64,000 nucleotides of DNA, from assembly GCF_009914755.1 (NCBI RefSeq), contig NC_060931.1; one strand, written 5' to 3'. The position numbers and the translations under genes were made by a program. Positions 10,071 to 25,479 of the stretch are shown piece after piece. The DNA comes from the human T2T-CHM13v2.0 reference genome, Homo sapiens. Each line of letters begins with the position of its first letter. The stretch's first letter is position 1. The notes below the pieces were generated by a model, which saw nothing but the letters and a program-made list of their open reading frames with translations, ran no database searches and had not been told where the DNA came from.

Positions 10071-13000
10071 CTCAACATGCAGGTCAAGGTTACTTATTCC
10101 TCCTTCAAGACGTCATTGGGTTTTTTAGCTATGGATGCCCCATCACTTTTAGTTCTATTTGTGAATCAAAGGCTAAATAAAGTATTCCTCAAAATTTGTT
10201 ATACTTCTGTTACTAATGCTTAATGTCCCTCACAATTTCTGTATATTTCTGTGTATTTCTGCTCTGTTTTGGTTCCTTTCCCAGGTTTCTTTTTTGTTAT
10301 GAAGTAGTTTTTAGACTCAAGTCTCTTCTGTATGTGTTATAACTGCCCATTCCATAAGATACAGGGCAGTGAATTTGTGAGCCTTGAAAATATTTACTTT
10401 AGAAATGAGAAGTATGACTTTTCAACGTTGTGTCATCAACTTCTGTAAATTTTCCAGACCTATAAATACTTGCAGAAAAAAAATGAAAGGAGAAGGCAAC
10501 TTGATTTAGCAGTTGGGTCAGTTAGCAATGCCTATGGCAAGCTGTAGTAATTCCCTTACATAGATTTGTAAGACTCATTTCTATGATTTAAATGAAGGCA
10601 TACACTTAACCTCTTTAGGGTGTGAAACAGCTTTTACAAAAAGAGACAAACTTAAGAAACAGTGTGGCCCTCCAAGAGTGTTCATTTTCCATATCATACC
10701 ATTTGTAATAAGCTATTCTGGCTGGGATTTACTTGCAAGCATTGGCTTTTAAGAAGAGATGGTTTCACACATCAAATTATTCACTTGGAGGCACTTTCTG
10801 GGTTGAAGGAATGGAATGGAGAGTGCGGCAGTGAGTAGATCTCTCAGTGACGGTGATGTGCCTCTCCCAGAAGAAATTTCAAAATGCAGTGTTCATTTTC
10901 CTCCACAAGAAAGGAAGAAACTGTTTTGTTATTGTTTATTCCTAACATAGTGGAAACTTTTCAGTACTCTGGCAGAAATTTCCCAAAAGCAATTTTCTAT
11001 TTCATGATTATAAAGTAGCAAAGGAAAAAGTCCTGCACTCCAGCTGAGCAATGGATCTCCAGTTGTTATCTAGGTGCTGCAGGTTTAGAGAGGATTGCCA
11101 GGAGAACACATCGATTTTTCAGGCCTGTGATGACGTATCTCTTGTTGAATAAGTAAACCCTTCCAGTAAACAGACAGTTAGTATATTGATTTCAGGGTGG
11201 CTTTAGCCACTGAACCTGTAAGTCTTGCAAAGGTTACTTGGGCAAAAGCATCATTATTTTACCTTCAGTCAACAAAAATCTACCTGGCCAAGGCAGAACA
11301 GAAAGTTCAGCAATTTGATGAAGTGGGACAACATGAAGAATCAGGTGAGTTGCCTACTTTTTCACTTCACTTTCCACCTTTAGAGATTCTTGTTTAGATG
11401 CAGAGTAGTGACGTGCCTGGTGTCAGGGAGAGAGTTGAATGAGAAAAGTCCCAGAAGGGCAGAAGACTTGGGTGATTATCTGAGTCCATCTTTCCTTATC
11501 ACATGACAGAGTTCTTGAAGTCTTGGCTAGGAATTCTAGGCTTTTAGATTCTTTGGGCAATGGCTACTAAATGTTCATAATGTTGCTCAGTTGCAAAAAC
11601 AAGACATTCAAACTATAGCCAGGGAGATAAGTAGTCACGAACTCAAGGCCTAAATTCTGCTGATGGAGCCGATGAGAATTGGGTGCTAAGGCAAAGAGAG
11701 TTGCCAATATTATATTCTTCGGGGTTTTTTGTTTTTATTCGCATTTTGGAAAAGGAAAATATTAGCATTCCTCTGACTTAATATTGAGAAGACATTGGGC
11801 ACTCTTTTTCCTCCCACACTTGTCTTCTTTCACTAGGTGACAAGGGAAGAGGTAGCATGAGGTGGTGGTCACAGGTGAGAGGGGCTGTTGTGAGCACAGG
11901 CATGTTGACTGCACATTGGTCACCTAGTAGAAGTTTTGCAGGCTTGGTGACTTCTGAACACTGTTTTCAAGGTTGATTTTTAGTTGAGAGAACCTCTAGG
12001 TACCACGTAATGTTATTAACAGTAGTACTGATCTCACAATCGCCCTATGTCCCATTCACAAGATGTTCTGCCAAGCCATAAAAGGCCCAGTTAAGTTTAA
12101 GAGAAGTCTCAAAAGTAACAGATGATAACTAATTAATACCCAGTGATTTTGAAATGTAGACATCAAACATACCAATTCAGTGGTATCATCCTTAGAGGCA
12201 GACAGAGGATGATTAAATCATTCAGCCCATCTCTGTCTGAGGACGCAGCTTAGCACAGCATGGTGGAGGCTAAATGGGCCTTAAGGGAAAAAATGATATC
12301 TGAAGATGCAATTTATTTCAAAAAGAGTTTGCTCCCGTGAATTTTCACTCTCTATGTAGAACGGCACCAGCACACACTTTTCCTGAGCCTTTGCATGTGT
12401 GGCAGGCAGCGGCCTGGCATCCTGGGGAACTGAATGAGGACGCAGATGACCCGGACGTGTTCACAGTTTGACACATCTGACTCCCAGATCAGGGACAGCT
12501 AGCTTTGCTGGCTGGTTAAGTTGATGATTCCATCTTTGCCTGGTTCTCTGACTGTCTCATGCTTTCTGTTATTACTATTTTGCAGCAGATATTTCTGCTC
12601 ATTTTTCAATCATATATGCATCCTGGATGGCATAGAGTTGATTCTCCTAACAAATCAGTGTCCCTTTGTATTTTTTTCTGGCCATAAGATAGAATATATA
12701 TGTCATTTATTAAAAATGGAGAAAATGTTCAGGAGTTTCTTGACTCAGAGAGGGAAAAGGGATACTCAGGGCACTTTTTCAGCCAGGAATTTACTACCTT
12801 TGCAGGGTAAAGGGGACTCACCACGCTGGAAGTCAAAATAAGCCACCAGTGCCAAGTGTTCAAAGCCCTTAGAATCACAATGCTCTTAAAGCAAAGTCTT
12901 CAACAATGCTTGAAAACTTCCACTGGTTCTCAGTATGTCCAAAATTGTCATGTCTATGAATGATTTTCTCAATCTGAAAATTTTTATAGCAGGCTAAAGA

Positions 13001-13289
13001 ATGAGATAGGTCAGTGTGATTCTAGAACTAATCATTAACATTCAATAGATGACTATTTTATTCTAGAAAAAGCAGCAACTTTCTATTTACTCTCTATTTT
13101 GAGGGTAAATTCTCTGTAAGTAGAAAAAGCAAAATGTGGACATGGGACTAACATATGAATATACAAAGCAAATGTACCGAAAAAATCTTAAGACCTGCCT
13201 TGTGGTGTTTTTTGTTTTGTTTTGTTTTCATTAAAGTGACTTGTTAGCCTCTTGCTCCCTGTGAAGCACAGGGAGGTGACGTGATGTGC

Positions 13290-13490
13290 ACAGGGCAGAC
13301 TCTGCCATATGCCCTGGCCTTGAACTCAGGGCCCCCTGGGGACTGCAGGGGATGCTGGCCATGCTGAGCAATGCCTGTGGGTGTCAGTTTCCTCATCTGC
13401 AGAATGAGGGTAGGCCTGGTGCTTATTTCATAGGGTCGCAGAGGGGATTCAGTGACAGGGTGGTGTAGAGGCTGGAGCGTGCCCCATGTG
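13290..13490 (+). mobile_element. MIR SINE
   Basis: Core TGTCAGTTTCCTCATCTGCAGAATGAGGGT. Confidence 0.65.
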
Positions 13491-13876
13491 TGCACGACAG
13501 CCTTCCAACTAGGGGAGGCGGGCCTGGGCTCTCACCAGAGAGCCTGTGTTCTCCATGGCTACATGACTTTGCCCCAGACGTCCTTCCCGTGGTCTGGACC
13601 CTGGGAAGTCGCCAAGAGCCAGACAGGAGAAAGGCTCCACTTGGCTCTCCTCTTTGGTGACCATCCCTTGCCTCCATGGCGGGACTCTCAGGTGACATCC
13701 CACCAACCCTCACTTTGCTTCCCTGGTGGGTCTCACTTTCCCTCAAGAGTGTTGCTTTTTTGTTTCCTGCATAGTCCTGGGCCAGTTTTGATAACCCTCT
13801 TCATTTCACTTCAGAAACCCTGATGATTTCTTCCTGTGCTCTTTTTACCTTAGGACTTTTACTATGACGACTGTGA

Positions 13877-14354
<478 letters not shown>

Positions 14355-15280
14355 TGCCCATTATTATTTGATCTGGAATTAACTGAGCTACTGCAGGAAT
14401 TGCTTGATTCACTGATGACTGGTGTTGAGCCAGTACACACCCACACCCAAGGACTGTGACTGTCTTCTGAGGTCCATCCTCAGAAATTCCTGTCTCTTCA
14501 CCTAGTGTGTAATAAGGCCTGCGCGTGTTATATGGAACTGTAAAAAATGCGCCAACCATCTGTCCTTCCTCTTTATCTGATTACTTATCATTGTTCTCTA
14601 AGTTGCAAGTTAATAGACTGATCATAAATTAATGCATGCTGGAGACTTGCTGTTTCCTACTAGCAGCATATAAAAGTTATTTTTAAAGTTGTTTTAAATC
14701 TGTGAGTAAAAATAAATTGCTTTGCTGCAAGAAACACCAAACATGGAAAAGCTAACGGTTCAAAGTTAATAATTTATCTTATGGACATCACTAGTGGCAT
14801 AGTTGCTTTAAACAGTGAGAGGATTTAATAGATATTTGATTTGCAAGTGGGATGAAGGGTGGTCTAACCTTTGTCCTGTGTTTACCTTCCATGAGATCCT
14901 AGAGGTTGTACAGCACAGTAGTGGCATGTGACACACTTGAGAGTGCCTGTTCTGTTTGGAAACCTGGAAACTATGAAGGGAAGTGGCCTTCGAGCTTAAC
15001 ACATAAGACTTGGGAGGCAAAACCTTTTATTCTCTTTAAATATTCACTTTAGGATAAGCATTTTTTTAGGTGTTAGGAACAGGGAAAACTGTGTGGTTAG
15101 GAAGGAAGAAAGAAGAAAGTTAACTGTTGTACATTCCCTAGGTAATGTTTTTAAGCATTGTTATTCACTTTCAAAACACATTTTATTTATTTGGACTTAA
15201 TATTTTGATCTTATTTTTTCAATTTCTTTTAATTTAACAGACAGGATGAGTTTTTTTATAGTTGTATTACTTAGAAATTA

Positions 15281-15611
<331 letters not shown>

Positions 15612-16169
15612 GGATAAAGAAATCATACTAAAAACAAAACAGAATGCTGACCACCTTATAGAAATAGAAATAGTGGTTTGCTGTGATAGCAAATTTTCTT
15701 GTTAACTTTTTATTTTTAAAGAATTGCACATTCACAGGAAGTTGCAAAAAATCTACTGGGAGGTCCTATCCCCCTTCCCCCAACCTCCTCCAGTAGTAAC
15801 ATCTTAGTAGCAAAGTTTTGTATATTTATTTTGATATCATTATCTAAGTTTGACATCATTATCTAATATTAACCTAAGCCAAAAGCCCACTATTTTAATT
15901 ATCTAGTGATGCAGTGTTATAGAACTCATAGCCTTTCACAGCATTATTTGGAAGTTAATTTTCTTAAGTGAAATGTTTTTGGTCTTTAAGGTTTGGAGGC
16001 CATGGAGGCATGAGGAGAAATGGGATGAGGGAGAGAGAGCTAAGATAGATAAAGACAGAGATGGGGAGATCCACTGATTCGTTGAACAAACCAGATACTT
16101 CCTTATAGTTTTTGGATTAACTTACATGAGCTAAGTTTATATTCTGTTCAGATCACAAGTGGTCAAGTT

Positions 16170-16208
16170 TGTGTGTGTGTGGGGGGGGGGGGGTGGGTGT
16201 GTGTGTGT
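16170..16208. repeat. (TG)n-G13-TGGG-(TG)n repeat
   Basis: G run at 16181-16193 flanked by TG repeats. Confidence 0.9.
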
Positions 16209-18637
16209 ACCACTCTACCCATCCTATATTTATTGTCCTGTATTTGGTCTGTTCTGCCTTCTTTATTTTCAGGATAGGTGTCCTAAATGAGGGTCTTTGG
16301 AAAGCTGGTGAGGCCATGTTGCCCGTTTCAGGTGTTCCGTGCTCAAATGTATTCATTTCTTGAAAAATTCAGGGAGTGCACACTTTTGTACATTTTCCTA
16401 TGTGTATATGATACCATTATATAAATCTTAAAAATATATATGGTTCACCTGAATCCCCAGCCATTTGGTAGAGAAGATAGAAAACCTACAGAGGAGGCTA
16501 AGATTTTATTAGAAAATTCAGCTTCTCGACGGAGGTATTGGCTTTAAAGTCAAGGCAATGCATCTATTCTTTCTTTTGATATAACTAGCTAAAAGATCTC
16601 TTAAATTCAAAGTGGCCCTCATCTTACTGTTACTGCAATTTACTCTTAATTACAAATTATATAAAAATAGGTTTTGAAATACTGTAGCGACAAAGTAACA
16701 TACCTCTGCTCCATTACACAGATAAAACCTCTAAGGAACACCTCCTCTCTTAACAGGCATTAACCAACTGCAGAAACTGCAGAAGGACAGGGCTATTTGG
16801 GAATAACACAGCTCCCTTCCTTGTCTGTTCCCTCCCATTGTCAGGCTTCTGTGGAGCCATATTCAGAGCAACATAGGGAGGGGGAAGAGAAAATCAACCC
16901 CTTGGTGAAGGAAAGCTCCCAATTCACAGAGCAAACATGGGTACTCTTGTTTGTGGGAGCTCCCAGGGCCTCCCAGCTCACCGAGCATTCTGAGCCCTGA
17001 TCCTTACACTAATTGTATTATGCAACCATAAATGATGTCTGCTGTACCAGCGGGGACAGTTTATTTTAATAGATTGGTATAACTTGGCAGAATCTTATCT
17101 GCATGTTTCATCTTGGATTTTTAGCTCAATTCAACTCAATAGGCATGTGTCAAATGTCTACTGCAGACTGAGCACTGAAAAGCTGCTGGGTACAGGGTTA
17201 CATGGATAGAAAACGTAGCCTCTGACCCCTAAGGAGCCTGTAATCCAGATCCCCATTCTTTCCATCCCATTCTCCCAAGCAAGAATTTACCTAATGTGGT
17301 TTGCGAGAATTTAAGAGCTGGAAAGGTGGTCACGAGAAGCCGGAATGGGTTCGCTAAAATGTGTCTATATGATTAAGCATAACGTAGCTTTGCAGCACTC
17401 TTCACAGCTTCCTCAGAGCCTTCCGCACGCGGTGTCTCATTTGAATACTTGTGTGAGGATAGCCTCATACCCCTCAGTGAGCTCTTCATGGAGTGATGCA
17501 GTAGACAGCAAGCCTCACACTTCTATGCTCACGGAGGACCAAATTTGCCTTGAAAAATCTTTATAGTCTCTTCACATTTCTAAGTTGACATCAAAAATCG
17601 GTTACCATAAAATCCTAATAGTTGAAGAGATGTAATTTCAATTATTTGGTAAACCTGACCTTCATTGTCAAAGCAATTAGTCAACTCAGATTTACTTTCT
17701 CCCAGATAATAGATTCTGACTTCTTTTTTTCTGATTAAAAAACTTAACACCTTCCTCAGGAGATCTATCTCAGTTCTGAATGCTGATTCTAACTAAGAAG
17801 GATATTTGGCTACATGCTGGGAAGAGGGGTACTGAGGCACGCCGCGATTCCACTCCAGCATTTCCAGTTAGTCGGGTGCCTCTGCACTCCCGGTGTTCCG
17901 GCGCCCAGTTAGTTGTGTACTCTGGGCTGTCCCTATACTGGAGTCCTAAAACACTTACGACTGCAGATAGGGGGAGGTTTTTCAAAACCTTGGTCTGAAA
18001 AGCCATAGAAGGGAGATAGGAAAGCGGGGGGGTGGAGCCACAGTACATTCAGGTGGATCCGTTTTTGGAAATAGTACAAACTGGAGGTGAAACCCTGGAA
18101 ATTGATCTGTCGTTCACATGCTTCATGCCGAGTCCTTGTGGACCCACAGAGACACACTCGCCCCAGTTTGAAGGCTGCTAACTTGATTCTGAGGACACCA
18201 GTGAGGTGGTAGTGTGCAAATGATGTGTGAGGAAACTTTGGAGGAGTCTCACCCTGCCTGGAGCACGTGGCCCCTAAAACAGCGCAGCCTCCCAAAGACA
18301 GAAGATGTGGACTAGTGAGAAGCCAGGTATGGTGACTGCTGCTGGATGAAGCTTGTCCCACCAGAGGCTCGCTTGTTTCATTGAGCACCTACTGTGTGCT
18401 TGTGGGATGCAAACACACGTGTGGTCCCTGCCCTCAGGTTAATAGGCAGGGGTGGAACAGTTATGAAACTGCTCTAAAGTCATTTTCTCAAACTGGGAGT
18501 GACAAATGTATCCACTTGGAAAAGATTGAGAATTTTATAAGATTTTTAAATTTTTGTTTATTCACATTGAGGAGAATCTAAATTCTTTTGAACTTATGTA
18601 TAGATTTCACCATTTTATAGTAATAAATCAGTCCTCC

Positions 18638-18672
18638 TGTGTGTGTGTGTGTATGTGTGTGTGTGTGTATGT
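18638..18672. repeat. Interrupted (TG)n microsatellite
   Basis: Direct reading. Confidence 0.9.
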
Positions 18673-21041
18673 AAACCTCACCTTGCAATATTATTATTTT
18701 AAATAGCCACTTGCATCTTAAGGAAATTAAGAGGACAAAAGAAAAGCTGCTGTTTTGTATGTATCCACATATTTACCAGCTGCTTCCCTGCCGGCAGGTG
18801 CTCTGGTTCTGCACTGCCTGTTGTCCCTTGCCTGAAAATGGTTGCCTCCAATATTTTGCTCAGTTTTCTGATTGTTTACAGTGGCAGAGGAGGGTAGATC
18901 TGGTACCAGTTAGTAATTGCCAGAGGTGGAAGTCTGTGGATGAAATTTGTATAACATGGAACGTTAGTTCCACAGTTAATGCTACTCAATTGGAACCCAT
19001 GGAAATTATTTTTTGGTGAAAAGGGCCCATGCGTTATGAAATTTGAGATCCATCACTTTAAGTGAATGTAGGCCCTGGATACAGTGGGAGCTCAGAAGAG
19101 CAAATCAGTTGGTCACCTTGCTCAACGTATTTTACTAAGGGCATCAGTAAGGCTTTCTATGACCTGCTCCTTCAATGCTTGGTTGACATTTGGGGAGCAA
19201 AGATAAACTAAGGATTCTAAGTTCTGTCCTGTGATGCTGTAAGGGGAATCTCAAACCTCTAGGTGGAGGAGTGCAGAGATGACCAGGATGGTGGAAGCCT
19301 GCAGGAGAGCTGAACACCTGAAGACACCCAGTGGGAAGACCAGGACCTTTAACGCCCATATCTGCTGCTCAAGACTGGCAGAGAGAAGAGGGTTTGTGAT
19401 GAGAAAAGGTGGTGAAAGGCACAAGGAGGCACAGAGCATGTCAGGTCCCATATCCCAAAAGGAATGTGCTTGGGTGAGGGAGAGCTCCTCCATGGCTGGA
19501 GGCATTCAGAGACCAGGCAGTCGCTTGTGGGTTTGTGATTAGAGTGAGGTTCTTTTATAAAGGGAGTGAGAAGAGAAGGTCTGTGGATACTTGAGTGTAT
19601 CGGTAATTAAGAAATAAATTGTGTACATCCCATTTCTTTCCACATTTTCCTGGGCTGTCACAGTGGCTGCAAAGAAAGCAGTCCGTGAACTGAACTGTGA
19701 TCCCAGACAGGCAAGCACACCAGGAATCTCTTCTCAGCTGTTGATAATGAGGGAGCGCTGGGGAGAGAAATGGGGTCCTCTTTGAGTTTCCTCTGTGCCG
19801 ATACCTTTCTCTTTGTTAAAACAGCTAATTAAACACTGAAGCAGTATAGCTCTCTTACTATACACTGGTAGTCATAGTTCTCTTACTGTTCTCTTCACTG
19901 ACAGTTCTCTTACTATACACTGATGGTGACGCAGAAATTCAGAATTCCCCGCATGTGTCCCGGTTTGAAAGCCACTGTGCTTTGCTGTGGATTAGGATCA
20001 GACAGTTGAGTCTTGTTCCAACAAGGAAAGTTGCTTATTGGAAAGTTTTGCTGCAGGGAGCCTTGAGTTCTGCATCAGGCTTGGAAGTGGGCTCTGTGGA
20101 GGTCAGAAGGAGGATCCCCCACCCGCAGCCTCAAGAAAAATATGAAAAGTGGATTATGCCTCTGTAGCTATATTGCCTATAAACTTTCTGCAGAATGACA
20201 GTATTCATATCCTACATTTTTTCAAAGCGATATTAATCCTGAGACCTGCAGCTAAAGTCAAGTAGAATTTAGGGATAATTAATAGGAGGAAGGTGGGGTT
20301 GGAAGATCTGCATGATTATAGTCCTCTGATATAACTGGAAAATTCTTTCCATTAGCAAGGAGCTTTGGTTAATATAAAATGGACAGATTAAACCTAGGCA
20401 ATTTATTTTACTCATTGCTGTATTTTTATTTCAGAGCTGGTTGAAAATATTACAAAGTAATATTTTAAAGTGCTTATCTAAACTCTTACTCTGCATTTTA
20501 TCATTGGGTTATGAAATGACTGGGGAAAGACTTTTCTTGCTTTTATTTCTCAGTGTCTACTTATAAACATGTTTTTTGAACTACTGTTTTTGTGACAACA
20601 TGCCTTTTTCCCAGAAAATCTCAGGTTAACATTAAATAGGCACTGGATGTTTATCTGATCTTGTTTATAGAAACACAAGAAAATTTTAACCTTGTATATA
20701 CTTTACTCAATTAACTAGGTAAGAGGTCATTGAAACATTTAGAATTCCACTCTACATTTCAATAATTATCAGGTGAAAGCTACTGCATCTACATCAGAAG
20801 ATGTTTGTAATTTATTTAAGAATAAAATTAGCTATGCAAGAAATAGTATGTGGAGTCCTATGTGGAAATCACAGAAACCCTGACAACTTGATGATCTTTC
20901 CGCAAGCTAAAAATATCACTCTGGATCACAGCAGTAGAGGACTCTGTAAATTTAATCTGTGTGTCTCCTGTAAATAAGTGCATTAGCAGTACACAGGTGG
21001 TGTCAGAGTCAGTGATGATGGATAGAAATTCTACATAAAAT

Positions 21042-21342
<301 letters not shown>

Positions 21343-23131
21343 TTACATAAAAACGTGGAGTGAGCCCAAGGTGCCATTTATCCAGCCCATACACATCGTA
21401 CCATGTACAGAGTGGACACCAGATAAATACATTGACTGCATGCCACAAACATATATATGTAGGCACCGTTGCATTCAAATACACATCTGCAGCCCTAACA
21501 CATCTTTATTTGCTAACGAGCATCAATGTATTTAAAAACAAACATGTTTAAACTAGTGAATGATTAGATTATAATGATCTTAATTCATAAGTTTTCTCAT
21601 TGGCCTTTTGTATACTTCAATTGTAATACCTAGAAAAACAGTTATGTCCAAAGGAGTGAATAGGCCTTATCTGAAACAGGTGAGCGTGACAAGTGTTTTC
21701 TTACTTATTTTACTTTTCAGATAATTCATCCTTAAAGTACATTAGTTTAAAAGTACTGTTTAAGGAAACAGTACTTGGATTAAAACTTGAATCATTGTTA
21801 AGGAAAACTATACCTTAACTTCATGTAATCACAATTAAACCTCTTCATATAGAAGGATCTAAGAATTTTCTGCAGCATTCACCAGCACCAAAAAGCTCAG
21901 AGACATATATTTCTTTCTCTGTATATGTATTTTAAATTCAAGTTAGTATAAATTGACAGGCAGGTCAGAGTAATATATGATCTTCTGAGTCCCCTTAGTA
22001 ATTAAAAGAAATGATTATTTTTGCATGAAATATGATAAAGTGATTTTAAGTGCCTGATAAAAAGTCTTAACCATGACAACCATTAAAGATTACATCAAAG
22101 AAAAATAAGTTTGACTTTCATTTACCTTGGAAACAGCTATTAACTGGTAACCTCAAGAAACACCATGAAGAGTCAGTTTGCTCCACACATGTCTTGTAAA
22201 AGTCAAATAACTGGTGGTTATCCAGTAATGACAAGAGGTAGAAGTTACATCCTTGCTGTCTGATTGAACCTTCCCAGAGCTGGCACAAGGCTGGGAAGAC
22301 CATAGGTGCTAAATGAGGAACTACTTAAAGAAAGAAAATGGAATTTCACGGACAAGAAAATCCATGTCCATTTGGTTCTGTGACCCACATCCTTTGTATC
22401 CTATGCTTTTTTACACTTGGTACATGGTTGCAAGATTGCCCCTGTTTTCTACTTATAGTTCCATGCAGCATGGATGTGGGAAAAAGTCTCCTCTGCAAAG
22501 GGGGTTAATGCAGGTCACTCTACGTATGTGCACGAGGTCGTTATAAAGCTCGAAAATATGGGCTCACCAACCAGGTGATTTTTTTAATTATCCAACCAGA
22601 AGACATAACATATAGGGGAATCAAAAGAAATCTCTGAGTAAAATAATGATAACAGGTCAAACTTTGCGGTCCCACGTGAGGCTGGAGATGCGTATTGTCT
22701 TGACTTTGCATCTACAAGTTTAACAAATGATGCTTTCTCAGTTTACCTCTGGAAATGGAAATTAGCATTGCAAATGACTTCATGAGGAGGTAGAAGCTAT
22801 CTGTGAATTTCCTTTCGCTGTGTTTACGATAGACTCTCACGTCTAGATGTGTCATGTATTATGTTAAATTGGTATGTCTTGAAGTTATAAAGCACAGCCC
22901 TCTATAAGTATATATATTCCACCTCTTTCAAATCGGATGGTACCTATCCTTCAAACTGCTATTTAATGACTGTCTGCTATGTTCAAGGCACTGCTCTCAA
23001 TGTTAATACTTGATGAGATCGGGCGCGTTCAAGGTGGCATGGCCGTAGACTCAATGTTAGTATCTGAAATATGGCCTACGAGCTGAGTTGTGAATCAAGT
23101 TAATAGATTTTCGGAATGTTAAGGTCTAAAC

Positions 23132-23658
<527 letters not shown>

Positions 23659-24659
23659 AAGGTTAAGCCAAGTCAACTTATCTATCTTCTTTAAAATTGC
23701 ATAAGAATGCAGTCCTGTTCTTCATTCCTCTTGCTTTGCAGTTAATGATCCTTTGCCTGGACTTTCTAAGTGCCCAGAAGAGCAACAGCCAGCATGCAGG
23801 ATGGCATTCCTGACCAGTTGCACTTGGCCTAGCATTCCAACCTCACCTGCCTCAGCTTGTTCAACCTGAAAACCTACCAAGTGAAAGCAAGAGCCACGTG
23901 AAGACGCCTTAGTTATATGCACCCACCCAGACACTTGCTCAGAAAGGAATCAGTGGGGCCCTGGCCTTAGAAACTGGCTCCTTCACTGCTGTAGAAACAA
24001 CATAAATTTAACATAAAACACGTGCTTTTCTTTTTTCTTCTTACTTTTTCCTGTCTTGGCAATGCAAGGATGCCATTAGGTAAAGAAATCCTTCACCACA
24101 CTAATCCTGCAGAGCCAGAAGAGAAACCAGCTTGTTCTAACCCAGCTTTGTCATGGAGAGAAGGCAGCTGCTCCAGTCTGAACTATTCTTTCTTTTGGTA
24201 GCAGCCTGCCCAAGGGTGAAAGTGTGTTTAATAGTTTGAATTACACAAGTGAACAGTAAATGTATGCCTGTTTCTGCTTTATGGGACTTTGAAATAATGT
24301 TGTTTGTGCCAAGGTTTTAGATTACTATACCTAACAACCTAGAAAAAGAAATGAAAAGGAAGCCTTCTGCCAGGCAGAGGTCACTACGGGCCTGGAGCTG
24401 GGCACCTGACTCAGCAGCTGCCCAGATCCCCAGAGCTGAGAAGTCACCATGCATTTGTGGTGCTTCGAGCGAGTTACCAGAGTCCTGGAACAGAGCAGCA
24501 CACCTGCGGGGTGTCCCCTTGGCATTTGGGCAGGGCAGGTGACCAAGGGTCTTGTTGGAACTGAAGTCCAGCTTGAAAAGCAAATCTGGTTGTGAGCTAG
24601 AGTCCAGTAACACTTGTTTCCCGCCGCCCCCCGCATAACTCGTGTGTCCTAAAATACAA

Positions 24660-24740
24660 TAATTTCTTGAACTTCAGTCACTTATGCCTATAAGCGGGCA
24701 TACAACAGGGGCACAATAAATGTTTGTTAAGTGAATGAAT
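24660..24740 (+). mobile_element. L2 3' end
   Basis: GGCACAATAAATGTTTGTTAAGTGAATGAAT terminus. Confidence 0.6.
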
Positions 24741-25479
24741 TCTTTCAGAACTAGATGGGATCTTAGTCCAACTCTCTTATTTAACGAGGTCCACAGAGGT
24801 TCTGCGATTGTCTAAGAAAGAAGGCTGTGTTCATGGCCTTTGTTGTTTACGTGGCCCTGTGATTCTCTTGGCTCCGTGAAAGTCCTGATGCAGACATTCC
24901 GGCCATCTAGAAAGGCATGCAGACAAGCCATCCAGCTGGCATGATCCTGAGTCCAGCTTTCTTTAAAAGAGCTTCCAAAACTGCTTAAGCTTTGACTGCA
25001 CAAAACCTGCATCACCTCCAGTTGAGAAACTCAAGAGAATAAGTAAGTTATGGAGTTGGAGACCCCAGCTTAACTACTAGTTTTAAAATAGTGAAATCAA
25101 CATTTTCAAATCTTTGACTTCACTAAGATTTAATAAAGTTTATTAATCATATATTATGAGTTATTGCTCTCTCTTTATGTCTGTAATGCAGTTGCTCCTC
25201 TCTGTATAAATTAATAAGTTTTAGAGATCCAAAATGAGAATTTTAAAATAAATTACGTATATTTTAATCAAGTTTAATTTGACTATATCCAGCTAAACAA
25301 TTGATTGAACTTCACTTGCTTTTCTATGACAGGTTTTTTGTTCTTAGTAAAAGACCCCAGTTTTCTCACTTGTGAACAGAAGGGGTTAGACTTCATGACA
25401 GCTAAGGTTCCTTCCGTCTCTAACAAAAGTGGCCTGAAGAGAGGCTTCTAGACTATACTCACGGTGGGTTCTTGGGACC

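Noticed and set aside
21678-21720. Donor CAG|GTGAGC followed by a strong acceptor at 21720
   Set aside because: Only about 41 nt apart, too short for an intron, and not an AG|GT recursive site.
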